In this document: positions 55,236 through 64,000 of the stretch, in pieces
How the letters are laid out: each line of letters begins with the position of its first letter
How positions within the stretch are numbered: the stretch's first letter is position 1
Source: Hydrolagus colliei
Lineage: Eukaryota
Direction of reading: 5' to 3'
NCBI GenBank assembly: GCA_035084275.1
Contig: CM068756.1
Location: 9,300,001 to 9,364,000 of the forward strand
Length of the DNA stretch: 64,000 nt
Position numbers and translations under genes: made by a program
Notes under the pieces: model-generated
Seen by the model: only the letters and a program-made list of their open reading frames with translations
Told to the model about the DNA's origin: nothing
Database searches by the model: none

Positions 55236-56379
55236 TCATTTTAATATTTTCTATTTATTTGTGTAATTAATGTTGCAAAATCAAAATTATGAGCCTCTTG
55301 TTTTTGTAGACAAATTTCACATGAAAAACAGACAACTTCGAGACATTTATTTTCCAGTATCTAAGGGAAATCACTACAAGACTGGGTGTTTTGAAACCCA
55401 AGATAAATATTTTTGATTTATGAAACATGGTTTCCCATGGTTAAAATGCTTAATTTGCTGGCCAAATGTGTTATGTGGCAACCTTTGACACTAATCAGAT
55501 TGCTAGAAACAGAGCCACAGAAAACACTGAAATAAAAAAAACTAATAAAACGCAGCAGGCAAATGTAGTATAAGAACCCCCAAATAATTAAGTGAGAAAG
55601 AGGTTTATAGAAATGTTGCAAGACAGATAAAAAAGATAAGATAAAAGAATTCACTCAGCGACTCAGGTTTTTCACCCACTAATCTTTTCATGGGATTAAC
55701 GATAGGGCCATTCATACCGTGGGCCAGGTATGGAAAGGTTTATCTGAAATTCAAGTTAGTGTGCGCAACTGAGACATTTTAACCTCAAGATAATCTCTGT
55801 AGAATTAAAAATAAGGGATTTAGACATTTTAGCTTTTTTAGTGTTAATGAGATTATGACAGGCAATATCTGATAGTAACATATCTTAATTTAAAATTAAG
55901 ATTACTCATATGTTAACATGAAGTCGGTCTTTATATAAAATACATGTGAAGATTCCAGACAAGCCAGTTGAGTTGCACAAATAAAAAATTCATGAGAAAT
56001 AAATCTGATTGATAACATTTTACTCTACATATAAATCCCCTGATTGCTGATCTGTACTCAGTTTATATTCTTTCCCTTGCGCTATGGCTCAATGTTGATA
56101 TATATGACAAAATTTACATTGTCCGATTAAAATTGTGATTTTCATATTATTCTATTGGACTAAATCATTTTCGATCAGCACCACTTTTACACAATTTGAT
56201 CACATATAGAACACTGCTCTTGTACTTATAATTAACGTATGTAAAATTGACAGCCATATTATACAGAGTAGCTTTACATATTATTCAATTCCTGATACTT
56301 GGTAGAATCAAGCCCTTTACATAATAATAAGCCATATAGTCAAAGAGCACAAAATAATTGACATCGCAACACTAGGCAG

Positions 56380-56800
56380 TTCAATGTTTTGAGCACATCG
56401 ATTTTCACTGGGGTGCTATTCAGCTATTTTTCAAGCTCACTCATCGGTCTTTGTGGGCCAGCATTTGGCATGAGCTGAACTGGAACTGATAACACTGACA
56501 AGATGAAATTAACAGCCTTCATTTTCCATTGGAAATTCCATGCAGCCAATTCACAAACATTTTCATATCAATATTGAGCAATTTCACTACATTATAATCC
56601 ATCAAAGTGAGCCATTAATCCTCTCTACGCCGTTCTCTTTTCAAACGTTAACAATTTCTTCTCACAAGCTAAAACATTTGTCCTATAGCCCCTCACACAA
56701 AGACAGTGCACTGTCAGCAATGATTGATCAGAGGCTTAATATAAATGAGGAAAGAAATGTACATCATATCAATGATGCTGTACATCTGTGGCAAAGGCAC
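56380..56800. promoter_or_regulatory. Candidate enhancer with Meis plus Pbx-Hox module
   Basis: CTGTCA (56711) plus TGATTGAT (56721) in a repeat-free block. Confidence 0.45.
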
Positions 56801-59689
56801 TTATTTTTAGAGATGGTTTGAATGCAGAAGATAATGTAACCTTCTATACTGAAGCCTTTTCATTTGTGCTGTCGGTTCTTTGCACATTCATACTGGGAAG
56901 ACTGTTCCCACAGTAAGTAATTATAAAATCTATAGAAACTTTGATGGAAGGCAGCGAAAACAGATAATTTTGTTGCTTAACATTCAGCCCTAATGCTTCT
57001 GACATTCTGAAGTCATCAGTCAACAGTACAGGCATCGCAGTATCCCCTGGGAATTGACTGTCATGGTTGGAAGCTCAGTGGGTGGATAATTATCTAAGAT
57101 CAAGCCTTCCTAGTTAGTAGGCAGGAAAGGAGGCAAATGCCAAGTAACCAGCCAATACTTCAGAAACACTTGTTCAAGGATATCCTAATTACTGTAAGTG
57201 GTTCCTCCAGCACTTCAAAGGCAGCTTCATTCATGATGTCATGAATTTAATTTTTCCAATGTGTCTCCAATAAGCAAACAAGAGCAATCTATGAATGTTA
57301 CAGACAATATTTATTTTACAATTCTTCAATTTCAACTCCCCGGTTGGGAATTGCTTAGTACAGTATTGTACAATTTGATCTCAAGCGACTTGATTAGAAA
57401 AATCGTAGCTAAGATCTGCTCTCTTTGACTTTCGCCAGGTGATCACAGAAACATCCAAATGCCTTCAGGTACTGTACTTCACGCCTTAACAAAACATGAT
57501 CAGCCCTACACCCCAGAATTTACAAGTGATTATCACGTCTGCACCCTCAGCAGTAGGCAATAAAATGAAATAAAATTTTACTTAAACTGAGTAAGTGGAT
57601 CTGTCGGACTGTTATAATGTCCATCTCTTAGCATAACAAAGCTTTTTATACCCTACTAATGGCTCCTCAGCACTAATGCTGAGAACTCTTATCACTGCTC
57701 TGCCCCTTCATACAATCCTTTCAAACATAACTGTTTCACTTAATTCTTTCACCTCCTCCAGTTCAAATGCAATAAAAACCTTTCACAGTCTGACAACTAA
57801 AAGGCAGAACAGCTTCCAACTGCTGTATAATTCAGGAGGTTCTTTCTCATTTTAATTGGCTGCCTAATTGGAATGTTTATGGGTTGCGCGATAGCTGGGG
57901 ATGAAAAGGCCGGCCAAGCCATTATCCACTGAGCATTCCTAACGGTGAAGTTAATCGTCAAAAAGTTAAAGTTCAGTGGAATGTATTGTAGTCATTCTCC
58001 CTAAAATACCTTGTTCTAAAACAATGTAATCCCTAAGCTAGAAATTATGTCAGCTGCACTTATCCAGAGATCGTTTCAGCTTCTGGAAACCTCTTTGTTC
58101 CCCTTTGATGTTGGCATAACATGAAGGACAGGAGGCTATCTGGTGGCTGTCAAGTTTATAACTGCTCACTCTCTCACTGGCTGGAGATAAGGCTGTAAAG
58201 CGGGGCACTTGATGGACTTGATTAATTCCCTGGAACGAAGGTTTGTCTTCCTTAGCTCGGTGAATGACTTCATTCTAGTAGATGAGGTCACACAAGTCAA
58301 GGCAATAAAGTATCTGATATTCACATTAAAGCCAGCTTTCAAAGCTGTCAGTTTATAAAAAGAGAATTCTGAACGTTTCGGTGCCCGTGTTGGACGAAAA
58401 GGAAATATGATTATCTAAATAAATAAGCTATTGTTAATTGGCTGTGAGATCAATTGAATTGAAGGTCAATGAGATCAATCAAAATTTACAGTGTAACATA
58501 TACATTAACTCAAAGCCACATTAAAATGCACCCAGTAAAAAATAATGACTGGAACTTAAAATCAATTTCAACATAGAAGCATGCAGTTTAATCTAATCTA
58601 TCTAATTTAATTTATCTAACGCAATTTTTTTTACTTGCAGAAATGTAAAAAAAATTATATGCAAATAGGCCTTCAAAATTTGTAATATGGATTTGCCTGA
58701 ACATGGATGATCAAAATTTGCTTCATGTCTTTAGCACATACGCAAATTAATTTCAAGAAAATTGCTCCATGCTGTGTTCAAATGACAGAACATAATCACC
58801 CAGTAAACAATTCTTATCTTGCCATGATATCAGTTACAGCTTCTGTCTCGTTACTTTGCATGTTGCCATGTTGAAAGGTTTTTTGAAGCATTGCTTCAAA
58901 TTAACTGCCTACAGTACTTATTTCAGATGACTAGTAACTTGGGTTGGAAAAGCACAAAACCAGGAGTAAATGATGATTCATGCAGAAATTATACAAGATA
59001 ATAAACAATTGTTTACTAATTACTGTAGAATTAGTGCCAATAGTAAGATTTTTCTGGCACCAGCCATTGAAATCCCCCTAAATTGATTTTTTTTCTAAAT
59101 AACTTAAATAATCAATTTTTTTCATGACAGTGGAAACTCTGAAATTGAGTTTTCAAATATATGATACATTTTGTTTGCTGAATTGCACAGCCTATTTTAT
59201 TATGACAGTTGCTTTATCTACAAAGTCCACAGAAATCTAGTCACTTCATATCATCTGAATTCACAAATCAACTGTCGTATTCACTCCACTGATTCATTGT
59301 TGATGGACTTTTCACAACATAAGAAATCCCTTACCAGTTGACAGGGGTAATAAATGGAGAGGTGAGTGGCGTTTATCCATCCTGCTGTTCAGTGGTGCTG
59401 CCTGTAGTGATACATGGCAGAATAAGCTCATAAACTAACCTTGTCCTTTGACCTTTGCAGGCACAGTGGAAACACAGCAGTGATCGTGATAATGATTGCA
59501 CTTAATGCTCAATATTATCTGGACCTGCCATTACAATTGAAAAAGTGCTTTTACGGTTCAAAACACATTTTTTAGAATTGATTATCTTAATAACTAATAT
59601 ATCTCCCAAACAGCTTATCTGCAAGGAAGATGTAATTTATTGACCAAGAGGAATTAGAATAAGGTTTATTCGCAATATTTCGGATGTTT

Positions 59690-59990
59690 TCTCTCCTTGT
59701 CATCTGATAGCTGATACTGGGTGGGGTACAGCTCCCTCTTTGATACTTCACCCAAGACTTTTTGGGTGAGCGTCAGCAAGCCGCTCAACTATTCCAGTCA
59801 AGCACAATCTTCTTCTCATCGGATTTCCGAAGACAAAGTTTCCAATAGGAATCAATAATGATCAGGAGCAGGTGTTATATGATTTCCTTACCCTCCCGAA
59901 CCAAGAGTAATTTGCAAATTCTAGTGCCACTCTGACTGAAATCAGACAACTCAACAGACTGGGTGGGGATCAACACTGCAATCTTCTGGT
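59690..59990 (-). mobile_element. Ancient chondrichthyan SINE-like relic
   Basis: Minus strand ...ctgctcctgatcattattgattcctattggaaac...ttgggtgaagtatc...ctgtacccc resembles a recalled shark interspersed repeat. Family not certain. Confidence 0.4.
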
Positions 59991-60009
59991 TCACTTTATT
60001 TCAAGCATT

Positions 60010-60360
60010 AACTTTAGAAACTGTATTTGATAGAGCACCTTATCACACTGTAACATCTTGAAACACTTTACAGAGTTTTTCTACAAAGTGTTGACTGTAT
60101 TTGTAGACAGACGTGGCAGCCAATTTCCAAGCAACAATGTCTCACGAACAGCTGTGAAGTGCACGACCCATTTGATCTGGTGGTCAGGAGGTGGGAGGAA
60201 CTTACTTCTCTTTTGCAAATTGTGCTATCAAATTTTTAACATCTGCCTGATATGTTTCAGATGAGACATTCAACCAAGGTCTAATGTCTTGGTTGAATGT
60301 CTCATCTAAAACATATCACCTCCAACAATGTAGCTTTCCTGCAACACTGTATTGGAGCAT
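60010..60360 (-). mobile_element. Deu-domain SINE relic containing a 31-bp hairpin
   Basis: Tail and ggcagccaattt...caatgtctcac segments plus Deu core ggttgaatgtctcatct...cacctccaacaatgtagc. Confidence 0.65.
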
Positions 60361-60650
60361 CACCGTGAGTTCAACAACCACAAAATTACATTTGTATTAG
60401 TGCTTTTCACGTCAGGAGGACATCCCAAGGCGGCGTTGGACAATCACTTCAAAGTTTCGAAGGTGGGGCCTAAACTCAAACATTCTGGCTCAGAAGCGAG
60501 AAGGCTACAAACTGCGCCGGGTTGCTGCAGGTTGAACCATTAGAAGAGCCAACATTTATGATTTGGAAAAAAATATACTGTACAAGATTTAAGCTTTAGC
60601 TGGAAGACAAGTTTTATCCACAACCTTCCAAGTAATTTAATCTAGTACTA

Positions 60651-61533
60651 CAGTGGAAGCCCGTTTATCCGGCATCCGCGGGACCTGGTCAATGCCGGTT
60701 AAAGCACCTGCCGGATATTCGAGTGGCTCGCGGCCGAAAACCCACTGCAAAAAAATTAAAGTTCTTTTACCTCACACCATACACAACAGACTAAGTAATG
60801 GAAGATAGAGACAGAATGTTGTGTTGGTGCTTGTCAAATATAGTCAATTTTCCTACTCTTCTTCATCCTGCCCCAACCACGCTCCCCCTGCTCTTGTCCC
60901 TACCTAACTGTACAGAGCTTTGGAACATCCTCTCGATGTGAAAGACACTATATAAATGTAAGTTTTGATTGATTGTTGTTGGGGCTGCTCTCTTGCGCTT
61001 CTCACCTTTGCTGGTTGGGGTTTACAGTCCAGCGATTCTTTTTTGAATGGGGGGCGCCAGGCGGGTGAAAGAAGCGGCAGCGCGATTATAAAGTCGCACG
61101 ACTTTACTAGCTGCAAGCCGAAGCCCTAGACTCTACTAGCAGCAAACCGAAATACTACACTTGAGCGACAATGTGAGCTATCGGCTAGCGTTACTGGCTT
61201 GCCGCTAGTATGACGTTAAAGTCATATGCGCTCCGTTTTTTTTGCCTGCTTGGCGTTCTCCATTTTGGGGGGAGTCGTTGGACTGGAAACCTCAACCACA
61301 GCATCATGGCTTCAAGCGCAGCATCTATCAGTGGGGGTGGGGGGCACGGGAGAGTAGTTTTGACAGTGAGTGCCAATGCAGTATTTGTTATGTTATTATT
61401 TATGCATTTATCAATGCTCCACTGCTATTGTTCCAGATAAGTTCCGGTTTATCGAATGGGGACTTTTTTTTTTGGCGTGCCGGTTATACGGAAGTGCCGG
61501 TGCATCGAGTCACGGATAAACGGGCTTCTACTG
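60651..61533. mobile_element. Non-autonomous Tc1/mariner (pogo/Tigger-like) DNA transposon, 883 bp
   Basis: TA target duplication on both sides. 21-bp TIRs CAGTGGAAGCCCGTTTATCCG / CGGATAAACGGGCTTCTACTG (1 mismatch), CCGG-rich subterminal repeats, CpG-rich interior, no transposase ORF. Confidence 0.9.
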
Positions 61534-61855
61534 TACTTTGAAAATTGAAGCGATAGTAATAAGCTACATTCCTGAAAATATTGTTTTACCATCGTTATGC
61601 TCTTAAAACATACATTTTAACTTTGAGGGTATCTTTCATTGAGATTGTAGAGTGCAGTCTTAATACTCATCAGTTTCTTAATACTGCGATGACAGCAAAC
61701 AGGGTGTGCTTAACTGAGGCACCGATTCATATAGTCAAATGTCTGAAGTACTGTATTGTAATATAAGGGCAAAAGTGAGTATTAGGATGATGTCAAATCT
61801 ATTGATGTTCTGCATGGCAGGCTTTAAACGGAGGAAGGGGTGCCATAAAGTACTT

Positions 61856-62194
61856 AATAATAATAATAATCCTTGCATTTGATATAGCGCTTTCCACATC
61901 TTATCAACGTCCCAAAGCGCTTCACAGAATATACTGTAAAGTGAATTGACTGTATATTTGTGGGCGAATCGCGGCAGCCAATTGCGCACAGCAGTGTCCC
62001 ACAAACAGTCGTGGATTGAAATGACCAATTTTATTATTGTGTTTTTTTTGGAGGGATTATTATTAGGCGTGTGGAGTAAGGAAACTTGCCCAAGGTTTTG
62101 CCCTGACCTACCTGGATTCGAAAACAGGTCAGCCCAGCTTGGTCTCCCCCAGCTTGCGAGACAAGTGCTCTAACCACTGAGCCACAGGAGCTCC
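61856..62194 (-). mobile_element. Full-length SINE (short variant), least decayed copy
   Basis: Retains CpGs. Minus strand head tggagctcctgtggctcagtggttagagc; (ATT)n tail. Confidence 0.9.
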
Positions 62195-63712
62195 AAGTTA
62201 TTACTTTCTGAATAACTCATAAAAACTTTATTCATAACTTTATTCTATTTAGAGCTTCACTCTATTACATTGCTTCAACTCTAATGGAAGGTATTGGTAC
62301 ACATTTTAAAGTTAGAGGATGTACCATTGGATGAAAAACAATTAGCAGGATTGTTGCAAACATGTACTTTCTTAACTATTTCAAGTTATATCATTAAGGA
62401 TCTTGTATAGATGGATCTTTATTGTCGTGTTTGATTGCTCTAAAAGAACCAGTTAAATTTTTTCATATTATTAATGCAGATGTTTATAATTTGCTATATT
62501 CCCGTCTTTGATATCCAAAATGTACACGTGAATATAATTAGTTTGTAAAAGAAGCACAACAGACAAAGAATAGTCAAAGAGGAACAGCCAGGGAGCAGCA
62601 GAGTAATGAGAAAAGAATTGCTCAAACAACCTGGGACTCAAAATGAAAGCAATTGTCACAAAGTAAACAACTGACAGAACTGATCAAGTAGCTAGATAGA
62701 ACAACCATTACAAATGTACTGTAAGTGTAAGTAAGGACTCGAGTATCAAATCTCATTCATTTTCAAATGTTGGCTGTAAACTGGGACTACTGTATGTGAT
62801 TGTATGGACAATTTTTAATTTGTTTAGGTTATTGCGTGACATACTTAGCAAGTCTTTGGGATTATTTCCTAATATATATTTATTCAGAAGACCAGTTCAG
62901 TGCCACAGTGTAACTAATGTAATGTAAACAAATAAATCTACAAGTTATCACTTAATATTTCAGTATACGGTACAGAGAAATAGATGCAGCAACCTCATAA
63001 TGTTTGATCAACACTGTCCAAAAAACACACAGGTGTTAAAGTTATGTGTCTTTGGTAGAGATGGGAAACTTGATCCAGCCAATCACACTAAAAGACTCTG
63101 CTTGTCTATTGTATTTGACATATGAAAAGGCATTAATGCAATGAAATCATGGTATCTACAATGATTCCAAACATTTCAATATTCTGTATGTATTACCTCA
63201 ATGTTCTAAAATGGCACAATGTAAATCAACTACTTTACAACACTGTTGAAGCAATATCAACTTGTTCATATTGCAGGATTGCCGTAAAGTTCTACTTAAA
63301 CCAGTCCATAAAACGGAACATGGTACATATTCTGTGCAGTTTCCACAACTGGATTGATCAACAACCTCCAAATATAATTTACATGCAGATTACCTTCAGC
63401 AATGAATGATTTAATATCAGTGTGTATCCTCAAGGAAAGGTAGCAACACTGAGAATTCTGCTTGCATTCAACTCTTTGAATTCTTTTTAATTACTGTTTG
63501 TAAATTAAATATAGACCCTGCAGCAATATTTCTACAATTAGCAATGCTACTAAAACATTCCAAATGAATATAAAACAAAATCTAGATCATAGCCTTTTGT
63601 AATACATTTTGAATCACTAAAACTCGGTTATCTAACGCAAAATTATTTTCATTACCTCTATTTATGAGCAAATGTATATTACGATGGATGTGCAAAATAA
63701 ATACTCTTTTGA

Positions 63713-63868
63713 TTTGGTCACTTGGTCTACGACAGTTTGTGGGACGTCACTGTGCATAGTTGACAGCCACGTTTTGCCTACAGAATAGTCACTTCACTCT
63801 GTAGTATGTCCTGTGAAGCACTTGAGACGTCTCAATGATGTAATGCTGCATTAAATGGCAAGGTTTAA
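63713..63868 (+). mobile_element. Decayed SINE 3' fragment
   Basis: tttggtcacttgg...gtttgtgggacgtcactgtg...ctgtgaagcacttgagacgtct. Confidence 0.7.
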
Positions 63869-64000
63869 TATGAAAGTTTCTTCGCACTGGAAGTTAAACA
63901 TCATTGTCCTGACACATTAGGCAAATGTGCCAGCTCAATTTGTGGTGAATTTAGAGCTCCAAAGTCCTGAGACAACAACCTCTTTTATATGTGGGCCCAG

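Noticed and set aside
59335-59401. Possible upstream Sowah exon AAPLNSRMDKRHSPLHLLPLST on the minus strand
   Set aside because: It ends in phase 1 while the 50106 exon starts in phase 0, the acceptor is weak, and there is no Sowah similarity.
384-63409. The supplied six-frame ORFs as protein-coding genes
   Set aside because: They are short, low-complexity or repeat-derived (384-872, 30159-30458 and 34145-34573 are L2 pieces; 61191-61541 lie in the MITE; several overlap SINEs). None resembles a cellular protein.
6235-63868. SINE orientation bias (about 8-9 minus vs 4 plus)
   Set aside because: Counts are too small to distinguish from chance.

Overview
AT-rich vertebrate genomic DNA, most likely a cartilaginous fish (probably a holocephalan such as Callorhinchus), judged from its tRNA-head/L2-tail SINE family, Deu-type SINE relics and CR1/L2 3' ends. 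None of the supplied six-frame ORFs looks like a real gene. Reading splice signals on the minus strand reveals three in-frame phase-0 exons, separated by ~15-kb introns: 50044-50106 (63 nt), 34764-34865 (102 nt) and a 12-nt microexon at 19811-19822. Spliced, they give GDTDQEGTDDDLQSITTSSVN-LDPLEHDWMCFAAMGNTAALTHLLLQDPALASKK-DFNS, the start of the ankyrin region of a Sowah (sosondowah) protein. This is the intron-containing, ancestral-type Sowah, which is known to be the bystander gene of the Iroquois (Irx) genomic regulatory block. The window is therefore probably the interior of that gene. The introns hold many enhancer-like non-coding blocks (recurrent Pbx-Hox plus Meis motif pairs), about a dozen copies of one SINE family, L2/CR1/L1 relics, a young TcMar-type MITE and several template-switch hairpins. 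Irx linkage and CNE conservation are inferences and cannot be verified from the window alone.
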